Shown here: piece by piece, positions 37,343 to 47,494 of the stretch
How positions within the stretch are numbered: the stretch's first letter is position 1
Layout of the letters: every line of letters begins with the position of its first letter
IMG/VR virus record: IMGVR_UViG_3300032007_000079
Coordinates: 3,316-67,315 of that record
Reading direction: 5' to 3' (one strand)
DNA: 64,000 bases
Source of the DNA: a virus
Taxonomy: Duplodnaviria > Caudoviricetes
The notes under the pieces: generated by a model
The model's database searches: none
What the model was told of the DNA's origin: nothing
What the model saw: only the letters and a program-made list of their open reading frames with translations
Position numbers and translations under genes: made by a program

Positions 37343-39361
37343 ATGACTGACCTTGTATTAGAGTCTCCCCGCATTTCATCTACACAACCTGTTATTTATA
37401 CAGATCGTGCTCCTGTTAATATGTATGAGTACTTTCTTAATGGGTATAAAGAGAATGATGTGAGGAAACTGATTGATAACCTACAGATGAGCTTTGAGCT
37501 TTGGGATAAGTCTTGTAATCTGTACAAAGCATCGAGCAGCCTTAATGAATTAAGCGCCGGTGACATATCTGTACTATTTGAAGATCTCCTTGGCAACCAG
37601 TTCATCTATTCCCATGCTAAAGAAAAGATCTATCTATATAGGCCTAATGAAGAACCATATGTTGATATTCATAAAGGCCTTACAATTGCTCAGTTTTTAG
37701 AACTGGCACGTGATGACTTTAATGCTCTTATGCGTACTAACTATGGTCGCAAATACGTAACAGAAGAATCTGTTATGATGGAAGGCATTAAACAATTTTT
37801 TGGATTTGGTCATGCATATCGTATATTTATCGATGGCCGTAAAGCTAAAGGTAGTTCAAGATATGCTATTGACAAAGATACTTATGCAATAATCGATGCT
37901 CTTGATGATTATAAAGATGGGTTCATTGATAAGCGTGAATTTAGTAATATCATCAATCATCCAAATACGATAGTTGAGATATACGATAATCATAAGCTTG
38001 GTCGTCGTGATCCATTACGACGTATGCCTGTTGATTCAGCTGCATTGATTGAGACTCGAACGACCTCATTAGCAGATATTATGGAATCTGAAGGAATGAC
38101 TCCTAGTCTTGATGAGATCTATAGAGACTATATACATGCTAAGTCATTTAAACAGATGGTAAAGAATGCTAAACCAAGATTGGAAGCATACCTTAAGAAA
38201 AACCCGTTGATTAAGGCTGCCTACGTACTGAAGTATGATGAATTTGATGATTTCCTGACTCTAGAACAGATGTACAATCTACCTCTGTTGGCAATCTCTG
38301 AATACTCCAACTACAGCTACGTAGCAACCTTTGATTTAGCCAAGTTTAAACGTGCCTTTATGGCATCTATCAATAATCGCTTTCAGAAATTCAATAATTC
38401 TGATATAGTTGATAAGTTCTTGGCTCATATTGATTATTTGATGGATATGTTTGAATCTTGTGACTCTACACATACATGGCATTTTTATGGTACTATGAAA
38501 CCTCTTACTGAAGAGGAAGTACGTAATAACTGTAAAGGGTTATGTTGTATAAGAGCAACGACATATCCTGCTATGAAAGATACTGTATTTGCAGCACCCC
38601 CACCTGAGCCTGAATCTAAAACATATCTGGCTAATGTTAATAAGGTGCTATATGAATACATGACAGGATATGATATTGATGTACTTGAGTCTGATATGCT
38701 TAAGTATAATCTGGATGTAGAATTAGGTAATACCACACGTGGTGTGGAAGAGCGGAAAGAGCTATCTGCAGATGATATCGATGATCTAATCCAATCACAT
38801 ATAGATGCACAGACGATGGATGAGTTCCTGACAGAATCATCTATTGAAGCAACCATGTATTATGTTGCTTTGGAAAGAGATCTAGCCCGTAAGGTAGGTC
38901 ACGCTGTTAGAAGCGGTGTAGAAAAAGTAAGCAAGACTGCAGACCGCGCTAAGAGGGCTGTAAGTTCAGCAGTTGGTCCAGTAATGGATAAGACTAAAGC
39001 ACTTATTGATGGTATTAAGAAAAGCCAAGAGGAAGACACACGCGAGGAAGTAATAACTGACTCAGCGTTTGTAAAGCTCCGCAATTTCTTTAAACAGACA
39101 GCTCTACCTGCTGCCGTTATGTGGTATGCACTTGGACCTGCTCTGGCGATTGTCGGTTTCATAACTATGAAAGCCCTCAAAACGGATGATAAGAAGACCC
39201 GTGATGCTGTAATACGTGAATTGGAAACCGAGCTCAAGCTAACCCGTGAGAAGATCGAAGATGCACGTCGTAAGGATGATGACAAGGCTAAATATGAGCT
39301 GATGCGTCTAGAGTCTAAGATTGAAGACAACCTTGCTAAGATCAAATTCGGGCATGATTGA
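37343..39361 (+). CDS. Probable inner-head/ejection protein with a C-terminal hydrophobic segment and coiled coil
   Basis: Multiple hydrophobic-x-E-S/A motifs, TALPAAVMWYALGPALAIVGFITMKAL, position upstream of the capsid gene. Confidence 0.55.
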   Translation: MTDLVLESPRISSTQPVIYTDRAPVNMYEYFLNGYKENDVRKLIDNLQMSFELWDKSCNLYKASSSLNELSAGDISVLFEDLLGNQFIYSHAKEKIYLYRPNEEPYVDIHKGLTIAQFLELARDDFNALMRTNYGRKYVTEESVMMEGIKQFFGFGHAYRIFIDGRKAKGSSRYAIDKDTYAIIDALDDYKDGFIDKREFSNIINHPNTIVEIYDNHKLGRRDPLRRMPVDSAALIETRTTSLADIMESEGMTPSLDEIYRDYIHAKSFKQMVKNAKPRLEAYLKKNPLIKAAYVLKYDEFDDFLTLEQMYNLPLLAISEYSNYSYVATFDLAKFKRAFMASINNRFQKFNNSDIVDKFLAHIDYLMDMFESCDSTHTWHFYGTMKPLTEEEVRNNCKGLCCIRATTYPAMKDTVFAAPPPEPESKTYLANVNKVLYEYMTGYDIDVLESDMLKYNLDVELGNTTRGVEERKELSADDIDDLIQSHIDAQTMDEFLTESSIEATMYYVALERDLARKVGHAVRSGVEKVSKTADRAKRAVSSAVGPVMDKTKALIDGIKKSQEEDTREEVITDSAFVKLRNFFKQTALPAAVMWYALGPALAIVGFITMKALKTDDKKTRDAVIRELETELKLTREKIEDARRKDDDKAKYELMRLESKIEDNLAKIKFGHD

Positions 39362-39370
39362 GGTGGTAAT

Positions 39371-40066
39371 ATGGTTACATTAGATTCCGTATTGCTTGAA
39401 GCCGAAAAGGTTAAGGCTGACAATGATCAGGATATACCAGCTGATGATGAAGGCACCGCTACTGATTATACAGATACCGGTGATGAAGAGACTGATGCTG
39501 ATCCTGGTGATAACGACGAAGAAGCACCGGCTGATGATGAAGCCGAAGACGAAGGTGCCAATGAAGATGAGGGTGGCGGTGAAGAAGATATGCCATCTGA
39601 CGATGAAGACGGTACCGACTATACCGATGAAGATGAGGGTAATGCAGATGATGGAACTGAAGACACTGACTCATCTGACGCTGATACAAGCTCTGATGGG
39701 ATGGACAGTGGGGATACTGGGGATTCTACTATTGAATCTGAGGACCAAATAAAGCAGCGTGATGCTAAGGTTAAATCTTACATGCTGTTGTTAGAAATGA
39801 GCAAACTATACCATACAATTAAATCATATATAGATAAGGTAACCAATATGGAACGCAAGAACGTGTTGTTCAGCGCTATCCAGAAGAACGTAATAAATAA
39901 CTTCACACGGTTATCAGAGTTAATCTATAATTACATCCAGATGTATTATGACCATATGGCATATGAGTATAACTTATATACATATAGGTATTTTATAGAA
40001 ATCGCTAAGGTTAATATAGAATTACTGAACAAAGTGGTTTCTAAGGACGATGTTGAATATCAATGA
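39371..40066 (+). CDS. Acidic low-complexity protein, scaffold/core candidate
   Basis: D/E-rich N-terminal half, directly upstream of the capsid gene. Confidence 0.55.
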   Translation: MVTLDSVLLEAEKVKADNDQDIPADDEGTATDYTDTGDEETDADPGDNDEEAPADDEAEDEGANEDEGGGEEDMPSDDEDGTDYTDEDEGNADDGTEDTDSSDADTSSDGMDSGDTGDSTIESEDQIKQRDAKVKSYMLLLEMSKLYHTIKSYIDKVTNMERKNVLFSAIQKNVINNFTRLSELIYNYIQMYYDHMAYEYNLYTYRYFIEIAKVNIELLNKVVSKDDVEYQ

Positions 40067-40070
40067 TATT

Positions 40071-40082
40071 AACATAGTATTA
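40071..40082 (+). promoter_or_regulatory. AR9-type late promoter motif upstream of the capsid gene
   Basis: AACA-tagtat-TA. Confidence 0.65.
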
Positions 40083-40248
40083 AACTTGAGTATACGTACC
40101 TCTATAGTAGGGCTGGTCGAGAAGATTGTTCATCGACTACACTGTTACATTATTGGCATAGATGGATAGTATAGCATGATACAACATGGCTCGCTATATG
40201 AGGCTTACACTTACCAAATATTATGAAAGAAGAGGTGTTCACTACACG

Positions 40249-41979
40249 ATGAGCGCGAATTCTACAACCCGCGTTGTGGGTAGCTTCACTATGGAAGCTG
40301 ACCGCGACTTCAAAGATAATCTGATGGCCACCATGGAGTCATTCCAGAGCAAATATCAGATGAGCCCTATATATGACTTCACCAAAATCATCCAGAATGA
40401 TGTGCTGTTCGAAGCTTACAAATCCAGTATGTTTGATGACCTGCTGGATCCGACCATGGAAACCTCTTTCGCACATGCTGATGATGGCTCCAATTTCATG
40501 ACTGTTAATGCAGACAAATTGGATCAGCTAGTCAACAACAGCCGCGATGAGCTGGTTTCAGAAGCTGCTAACGTAGGCCAGTTGGTTCCTATCGTAGCTC
40601 TGACTCTGCCTATCCTGAAGAAAGAGTACCTGGCTATGAACTTTAAAGATGTCCTGCAGACAGTTGTTGCTGACAAACCGGACATCAAGATTGCTTACGA
40701 ACGTAAGTTCTTAAAGGATGTTGCTGGTAACAAGTATTACATCCCTGATATTTTCTACGATAAATCCTATCGTGAAATCACTGATAAATCCGTAGGTAAA
40801 GAAGTATCTGCTGCTTGGTATGATACTCTGCCTATCCAGGATCTTGATATGCTGGCTGAATCCGGCGGTTCCTTGGAACGTCGTGACCAGCTGTCCTATG
40901 ACTTCCGTGTTAAGGCTGTTAAAGTCACCGTTGAAGGTGATTCCGGTGATGAAGAGATTGAAGTAGCCGTAGATTGCAAACCATCTATGGATACCAATAC
41001 ATTCTCTTACACTGTTGAAGCAACTGATACCAAGACCGAAAACCCACAGAAGCATAGATTCCATCTGTATGGTTCATTTGATCCATATTCTGGTAAAGTT
41101 TCTATGGCTGGTATTGGCATCAATGCTATTAAGTTTGGCGGTCACCTGTCCAACTCAAACAACACTGAGATTGTTGAACTGGATCGTGAACGCAAGAACA
41201 TGGAATTCACGATCGCCGAGAAAGAACGGTTTAACACCGGTATTACTATCGAGCGTATCCGTGATGAAAAGGCTCTTGCTAATATCGATACCACTGTTGA
41301 GCTGGTAGCTGACATGACCGAAGTTTGTGCTCAGACCAAAGACTCCAACATCCAGGCCTTCTTGGAAGATTCCTTCCAGGTTGCACTGGCTGCTCGTGAC
41401 TTTGCTCCTATGGGCTATAACATTAAATTTGCTCAGTCAATTAGCTTCACTATGCAGAAAGCCAAAGATTACATGATTCCTGAATCTGAATGGCGTTCTC
41501 CGCAGCTGCGTATGTACTTCGGCCGCGTAATCGGCATGATGAAACAGCAGCTTCGTCAGACTGCATTGATGTTTGTTGTAAGCGGTAACCCGTATGTGAT
41601 TGAACGGTTCTTCGAGACCGATGATCGCTGCCGTTGGGTCATCGATAACAACACCAAGATCGGCGGCGTTAAATATGATTATAAATTCGGTGTAACTACT
41701 ATGGATGGTTGCCGTGTTCATATCATCGCCTCCATGAAGGAAGAGATCGAAAAGGGTCTGCGTATTGTAGCTTATCCGCTGACTGAAACAGTATTGACCT
41801 ATCGTCAGTATGATTATAGTTTCAATATTGAAAATAACTATCGTAACCCATTAACTCCGAACGTGCCCAATATTATGTGTGTCCAGCGGTACGAGAACAT
41901 CGAATACTTACCGTTGCAGTGGGAATTCTATATCGAAGAATTTCGCAATCAACAGTTTGGTTTCTCCCCGTACATGTAA
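40249..41979 (+). CDS. Major capsid protein precursor (jumbo-phage type)
   Basis: Very strong codon bias, acidic propeptide-like N-terminus, own promoter and terminator, position after protease and scaffold-like genes; start ATG 40249 (RBS GAGGTG). Confidence 0.8.
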   Translation: MSANSTTRVVGSFTMEADRDFKDNLMATMESFQSKYQMSPIYDFTKIIQNDVLFEAYKSSMFDDLLDPTMETSFAHADDGSNFMTVNADKLDQLVNNSRDELVSEAANVGQLVPIVALTLPILKKEYLAMNFKDVLQTVVADKPDIKIAYERKFLKDVAGNKYYIPDIFYDKSYREITDKSVGKEVSAAWYDTLPIQDLDMLAESGGSLERRDQLSYDFRVKAVKVTVEGDSGDEEIEVAVDCKPSMDTNTFSYTVEATDTKTENPQKHRFHLYGSFDPYSGKVSMAGIGINAIKFGGHLSNSNNTEIVELDRERKNMEFTIAEKERFNTGITIERIRDEKALANIDTTVELVADMTEVCAQTKDSNIQAFLEDSFQVALAARDFAPMGYNIKFAQSISFTMQKAKDYMIPESEWRSPQLRMYFGRVIGMMKQQLRQTALMFVVSGNPYVIERFFETDDRCRWVIDNNTKIGGVKYDYKFGVTTMDGCRVHIIASMKEEIEKGLRIVAYPLTETVLTYRQYDYSFNIENNYRNPLTPNVPNIMCVQRYENIEYLPLQWEFYIEEFRNQQFGFSPYM

Positions 41980-42009
41980 TATTAGGGTTAGGGTTAATTT
42001 CATATCTAT

Positions 42010-42045
42010 ATATCTTGGATGGTTTATACCATCCAAGATATTTTT
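42010..42045 (+). terminator. Intrinsic terminator after the capsid gene
   Basis: 14-bp stem atatcttggatggt/accatccaagatat followed by a T tract. Confidence 0.85.
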
Positions 42046-42105
42046 AAACCATGATTATAAATATATATCATATCTATGCACACTCTATAATCAGGAGGTA
42101 TAGAT

Positions 42106-43158
42106 ATGAGTGCTAAGAAAGATTATGTTGGAACCACTGTTGGTCAGTGGGAAATATTAGAGGAAGATGGGAGAGACCCTAAATGTTATAGCCAGCTATA
42201 TAAAGCCAGATGTATTAGATGTGGGTTTATTAAGACAAAAGCAACTATTGCTAAATTACAACGGGATATCCCATGTACTAAACATGTTATAGAACCATGG
42301 GGTAAAAATAAGCGTCTTAAGAATACATATAGAAATATGATGGCTAGATGTTATAGAAAAAGTGCCCCTAACTATGAGAATTATGGTGGTCGTGGTATTA
42401 CAATATGCGATGAGTGGCTTTATGATAGAGACGCATTTATAAAATGGTCACTATCCCATGGATATGCAAACAATTTAACTATAGACCGTATAGATAATGA
42501 TAAGGGGTATAGCCCTGATAATTGTAGATGGGTAACATTGGAAGAAAATAACCGTAATAAACCATCTATACCAAAGGTTATTGTAGATGGGGTTGAAATG
42601 ACATTGCCTGAAATTAGTGAGCGGTATTTAGGTAATAGCACCAAACTATCAGATTATAGAAAGTATCATGGACATGAAGAAACCATGAAACTAGTAAAAG
42701 AGCTTATTAGTGGAAAACGTAAAGATATGCCTTATAATAATAAGCGTCTTATAACAGTCGATGGTATGACCAAATCATTATTAGATTGGGATAGATATCT
42801 TGGCACTACAGATACATGGTTTATTTCCAATTGGGCTAAGAAAAAATATAGAACTGATGACATGGTGGCTGATAAAATACGTGAGGTTATGGCCAATAAT
42901 GGCAATGTAAATCATAGGTTACCTAAGCAATACTTTAATATTCATGGTCATATATGTTCTGCTAATGATATTATAAATATAACCGATGAATTCAAATATT
43001 CCAGATCAATATTAAAACGGGTTAAGAAGTATGGCCATAAACGTACAGAAAGATATCTTAATAAAATTATACCTAAAGATACTTTTATACCAACAGATAT
43101 TGTTATAGGGTTTGATGGCCATGATGTTAATGGTGATCTGGTTATTGAATTTGATTAA
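42106..43158 (+). CDS. Free-standing HNH homing endonuclease-like protein
   Basis: YRNMMARCY...YGGRGITICDEW...LTIDRIDNDKGYSPDNCRWVT...NNRN; repeated C-terminal (V/I)xGxxxSLxxW-like modules; AT-rich codons. Confidence 0.9.
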   Translation: MSAKKDYVGTTVGQWEILEEDGRDPKCYSQLYKARCIRCGFIKTKATIAKLQRDIPCTKHVIEPWGKNKRLKNTYRNMMARCYRKSAPNYENYGGRGITICDEWLYDRDAFIKWSLSHGYANNLTIDRIDNDKGYSPDNCRWVTLEENNRNKPSIPKVIVDGVEMTLPEISERYLGNSTKLSDYRKYHGHEETMKLVKELISGKRKDMPYNNKRLITVDGMTKSLLDWDRYLGTTDTWFISNWAKKKYRTDDMVADKIREVMANNGNVNHRLPKQYFNIHGHICSANDIINITDEFKYSRSILKRVKKYGHKRTERYLNKIIPKDTFIPTDIVIGFDGHDVNGDLVIEFD

Positions 43159-43162
43159 AAGA

Positions 43163-43193
43163 ATATCCCTGTACAGTACAGGGATATATTTTT
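43163..43193 (+). terminator. Terminator after the HNH gene
   Basis: 11-bp stem atatccctgta/tacagggatat followed by a T tract. Confidence 0.75.
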
Positions 43194-43324
43194 ATCCAAA
43201 TATAAAAAAGTACTATGGCGCCACATAAGCTTAAGGTATGAAGAAATCCTTATACCCTAATCTGTCAATTAGGAATTCGGATATGTCTTCGCGCATTATT
43301 GCGCAACATCCAATAGTTCGGATG

Positions 43325-43357
43325 ATGGATGGTATGGGTCTATCCCATACCATCCAT
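43325..43357 (-). terminator. 14-bp hairpin downstream of the 74-aa minus-strand ORF
   Basis: atggatggtatggg/cccataccatccat. Confidence 0.6.
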
Positions 43358-43396
43358 ATTACATATAAAAATACCCAGCATGCTACATATATATAA

Positions 43397-43621
43397 TTAG
43401 ACTAGGAACATATCATTGTACCCTAGCCTGTTGATAAGATAATTAGATATCCCATCACAGAGCTTTTTAAGGTCGTCTAACGATTGTATCCGCAAGAATA
43501 CATTAACTATCATTCGTTCGGATGACCAATTAAAGACCCTGATTCGGAATATGCGCTCAAGGTAGGCACAATATTGGTGTGCCAACCATCGATCATATTC
43601 TGGGTCAACATGAGGTTGCAC
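43397..43621 (-). CDS. Small orphan protein (74 aa)
   Basis: GTG start with a very strong RBS (GAAAGGAGGG, 8-nt spacing); fills an otherwise non-coding gap. Confidence 0.7.
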   Translation of the reverse strand: MQPHVDPEYDRWLAHQYCAYLERIFRIRVFNWSSERMIVNVFLRIQSLDDLKKLCDGISNYLINRLGYNDMFLV

Positions 43622-43785
43622 TATATTATCCCTCCTTTCATGATTAGATATTGGGGGTAAATTGAAACAATCGCATGCTGGGGTGCTCTGATATTGTGAT
43701 CAGTGTATTGCCGTACACTAGTCACGGATATATAGTACATTATATCATTGTGCTTTCATGTTTAGCACTATGAGGTTTAATCAAT

Positions 43786-43818
43786 AAAGATGACTCACTC
43801 CGGTGGGTCATCTTTTTT
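43786..43818 (+). terminator. Intrinsic terminator with a cUCCGg tetraloop
   Basis: aaagatgactcac-tccg-gtgggtcatcttt followed by a T tract. Confidence 0.8.
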
Positions 43819-43884
43819 ACCATAATCGCAGTTGACAAGATCTTAACGTGCACTATTAGAAGCTTTAAGGAAGGAGCTTATGAC

Positions 43885-45243
43885 ATGTCAAGATTTATGC
43901 TTACTGACGTATCTGCTATCACACCTGGTAGCGGTGAAGAACACCGTTATCTGTGTGAATGTATAGATACGATTAAAGCCAATAAAACTAATACATATGT
44001 ATTGAATGAGCAGCTGGATGCTATATCTAGAATATTATCCAGATGCTTTGATATGAAAGTTAGTACAACAATTTTAGATACCACCATGGATAATGACTTT
44101 TTTGGTGTTAATATATATCCTAGCGTTAGTACTGCACGTGCTATTGTCGACGTAGCATGCGACACTGTTGGCGCTGACGATATACAGTATGGTGGTGTAG
44201 CATTTGATTCACCTGGTGATGTTATTAGATCTATCTGGATGAATAATACTGAATGGCATATCGACTTTGATGCTAAGATATTTTATTCATTAAGCCAGAT
44301 GTTAACAGCTCGTGAAATCGTTGCTCTATTATTATATAAGATAGAGCAGACTGTGTTCTGTAATGAGAACATTATGGTTGCATATAAGAGCATACGTCAC
44401 ATTACGCTAAACGTTGATAGACGTACTGCTACAATTGCTAAGTCTACACGATGCAGGAACTTCTTCATGATTCCTATAATCGAATCTTGTGGGTTCACTA
44501 ATTTCAAATCTGAAATCCCACCAGAGTCCATATTTATGGGGGTTGAGGAACTGCATAAAGACTATTTAGCGTTGTTAACAAAGATAGCTACACAGTATAC
44601 CAGCTCTATTATTGATCGCCCGTCTTATGAGTTAAAACAGGATATTACAAGCATAATGACGTGGGTTATGGAAGCATTGAATGACCTTAAATATAGTATG
44701 GAACGACTGAAAGTTGCTCTTAGCTATCAGATAACAGCTGAGAAATCATATTATATTAAGAATATACTTGTATCTATAATGGCCCAATTTTCAACTCAGG
44801 ATCAATCGGCTATTGAAGAATCCTATAATCCGTCTACACCAGAAAGTAAAGCACTGAAAGAAGCTGTTTTAATGGGGCAGATAGTTAAGGAATTTGATGA
44901 AGCTGTACGCGCTGATGAACAAAGACTATTGGATAAGCTTGGACGTTGCAAACGTGTAACCCAAGAAGAAATAGATGTACTGAGACTTGAGGTAGAAAAG
45001 ATCCAGTCTGTTGATGATAAAATCTACTATATGGAAAAGGTACATGATAAGATCAATATTGTTGAATACGCATTAACATTGATTGGTGATCGCGATACAA
45101 AAGGGCGTGTACGTGATTCCAAAGCATTGCTGAAGAATCAGTTGGCTCAGTTAATTCAGATCCGTGAGATAATTATGAATAAGCGTATATCTCCAGAGCG
45201 GTATGGTTTGTTTATAAAATATCCTGCTGGATATGAAGGCTAA
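43885..45243 (+). CDS. Probable virion (inner-head) protein
   Basis: RBS AAGGAG, GACA-N6-TA at 43834-43845, C-terminal coiled coil, IEE-S and LKE-A motifs. Confidence 0.6.
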   Translation: MSRFMLTDVSAITPGSGEEHRYLCECIDTIKANKTNTYVLNEQLDAISRILSRCFDMKVSTTILDTTMDNDFFGVNIYPSVSTARAIVDVACDTVGADDIQYGGVAFDSPGDVIRSIWMNNTEWHIDFDAKIFYSLSQMLTAREIVALLLYKIEQTVFCNENIMVAYKSIRHITLNVDRRTATIAKSTRCRNFFMIPIIESCGFTNFKSEIPPESIFMGVEELHKDYLALLTKIATQYTSSIIDRPSYELKQDITSIMTWVMEALNDLKYSMERLKVALSYQITAEKSYYIKNILVSIMAQFSTQDQSAIEESYNPSTPESKALKEAVLMGQIVKEFDEAVRADEQRLLDKLGRCKRVTQEEIDVLRLEVEKIQSVDDKIYYMEKVHDKINIVEYALTLIGDRDTKGRVRDSKALLKNQLAQLIQIREIIMNKRISPERYGLFIKYPAGYEG

Positions 45244-45250
45244 AAATATA

Positions 45251-45289
45251 TGGTTCTGTACTTACTATTAACAGGTAAGTACAGAACCA
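45251..45289 (+). promoter_or_regulatory. 15-bp hairpin containing the late promoter motif of terL
   Basis: tggttctgtacttac/gtaagtacagaacca; AACA-ggtaag-TA at 45270-45281. Confidence 0.6.
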
Positions 45290-45310
45290 AGTTATCCAAT
45301 GAGGTGATAC

Positions 45311-47491
45311 GTGATGGATGGTAGTAGTGATAAATGTGTTAATATCACAAGTCTTAAACAGATAGGATTTCCAATCAATAAGGATTTGGTTGGGTATGAC
45401 TATAAGCGTAAGACTTATTACATATATGATGTACACACTACAAATATATCATTTTTACAAACATCGAAGAATCTTGCTATATTAGGTGTTCGGAATAACA
45501 AGTTCTTCCTAAAGCTGTACGATCCTAAATTGATAGGGGTTAATCCATACGATAAATCACTATCACAAGAGATGATCAAAAGGGTTATCATAGAAACAAC
45601 ACGTAACCCATGGTATTATCTACGTGAACTGGCACGTATACCAGAACAGGGTGGTGGTATTACAGAAGGTGCAGGTACAAGATTCCAATTACATCGTGGC
45701 AATTTAGCAGCAATATATTGCTTCCTTCATAATATAAACCATTACCTTGTAATACCACGTCAGTGTGGTAAAACCCAGTCAGAATTAGCTATATTATTAT
45801 GGACATATATGTTCGGTACTACTAATAGTGAGATGTCCTTCCTTAATAAAGATCAGGATGCAGCTAATGAAAATCTGGGACGTATGAAAGATCAACGTGA
45901 TCTTCTACCAGCATATATGCAACAAAAGTTTGTAGTACAGGATGGTGAACTGAAAATAGCCAAAGGCGTAGACCGTATACAAAAGATGTCTAATCCTATG
46001 AATGGCAATTCAATAGTTACCAAACCAAAAGCTACATCATTAGCTAAAGCAGAAGGTATAGGTCGTGGTAATACATCACCTGTACAGTTATATGACGAAG
46101 TGGAGTTCACAGATCATATAGGTATTATAAGTAAAGCAGCTGGGCCAGCATATGTTCAAGCTGCAAGAAATGCTGCAAAAAATAATTCGCCGTATTGTCG
46201 TATCTACATTTCAACGCCAGGTTTTGTGGATACTGAACCAGTAGAATCATCTGCACCATTACGTGAATTATCTGCAAGATGGTCAGATCATATGTTGGAT
46301 AAGTCTGAAAGTGAGCTATATACATATCTTAAGAACAACAGCAAGCTGAAAATGTTCTACATTGAGTACTCATATAAGCAATGTGGTAAAGATGAAAAAT
46401 GGTTTGCTGAGATGTGTGAACAGCTGATGTATGATAGATTGCGTATAAAGCGTGAGCTATTATTGTTACGCATTCGCGGTACATCAGATAGTCCATTTGA
46501 TCCTGAAGATCTTGATGAACTTAATGGTATGCGTGGTGAAGTGATCGAAGAGCGGATCATGAATAAGATATTCATGTTACGGTTATATAATAAGATCAAT
46601 CCATCAATACCTTATTTTATTGGAGTTGACTGTGCAACAGGTACTAATAATGATAATACAGCTATTAGTATAGTAGACCCGTATACCGAAAAGGCTGTTG
46701 GTGAAGCAAAGACTCCTCTAATGGATGTAATAGATGTATGTACATTTCTAAGATTGATTATACGCGATATATGTCCACGTGGTATACTATGTATAGAACG
46801 TAACTCATTGGGTGATGCTGTTATACAATTGCTGAAGAGGACAGAGGTATCACATAATATATACTATGACTCTGATGCATTCCTTGTAGGTGATCCAGAT
46901 GAGAAGCTTGATGAACATGGGTTTATTAAGCGTGAAGCTGAAAATCGTCGTAGCTTTGGTGTATATACAAACAGTAAGTCACGTAGTATTATGATGCAAA
47001 TCATGTTACGTCTTGTAGCTGAAAAGAAAGATGCGTTTGTAACTCAGTATATTATTGATGATCTTAATAATCTGGTTAGACGTCCATCTGGTAAAATTGA
47101 AGCACGCTATGGGTATCATGATGATAATATTATGAGCTTTTTAATAGCTATGTATGTAAGATATCATGGTAAAAAATTAACCAATTGGGGATTTGTCCCT
47201 GGTGGAACACCTATTGGTGAAGACCTTAAACCTATGACATATGAAGAAATATATGATGAGATGCCTGATACAATGAAGGAATGGTTTCCTAAACCACAAG
47301 AAGAAGATCCATATGAACGTATGGTTAAAGAAGCTATCCGTAAGAGCCAATTTGAAAGGACTAACTTCTCTAACACTGATGGCGTTGTAGTAACAAAGGA
47401 TGACCAAATAGATATGAATTATGATAATATCAGATTTGGTGAAAATTATTCTGGCTTTGATGATGACTTTTTTGCAGAACTGAACAAATAA
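45311..47491 (+). CDS. terL: Terminase large subunit
   Basis: IPRQCGKT (Walker A), QLYDEVEF (Walker B), FIGVDCATG, CIERNSLG, HDDNIMS (RNase H-like nuclease). Confidence 0.93.
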   Translation: MMDGSSDKCVNITSLKQIGFPINKDLVGYDYKRKTYYIYDVHTTNISFLQTSKNLAILGVRNNKFFLKLYDPKLIGVNPYDKSLSQEMIKRVIIETTRNPWYYLRELARIPEQGGGITEGAGTRFQLHRGNLAAIYCFLHNINHYLVIPRQCGKTQSELAILLWTYMFGTTNSEMSFLNKDQDAANENLGRMKDQRDLLPAYMQQKFVVQDGELKIAKGVDRIQKMSNPMNGNSIVTKPKATSLAKAEGIGRGNTSPVQLYDEVEFTDHIGIISKAAGPAYVQAARNAAKNNSPYCRIYISTPGFVDTEPVESSAPLRELSARWSDHMLDKSESELYTYLKNNSKLKMFYIEYSYKQCGKDEKWFAEMCEQLMYDRLRIKRELLLLRIRGTSDSPFDPEDLDELNGMRGEVIEERIMNKIFMLRLYNKINPSIPYFIGVDCATGTNNDNTAISIVDPYTEKAVGEAKTPLMDVIDVCTFLRLIIRDICPRGILCIERNSLGDAVIQLLKRTEVSHNIYYDSDAFLVGDPDEKLDEHGFIKREAENRRSFGVYTNSKSRSIMMQIMLRLVAEKKDAFVTQYIIDDLNNLVRRPSGKIEARYGYHDDNIMSFLIAMYVRYHGKKLTNWGFVPGGTPIGEDLKPMTYEEIYDEMPDTMKEWFPKPQEEDPYERMVKEAIRKSQFERTNFSNTDGVVVTKDDQIDMNYDNIRFGENYSGFDDDFFAELNK

Positions 47492-47494
47492 TAT

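Noticed and set aside
43832-43859. Host sigma-A promoter TTGACA-N16-TATTAG
   Set aside because: Weak -10 and short spacer; the same bases fit the phage GACA-N6-TA motif found at other late genes
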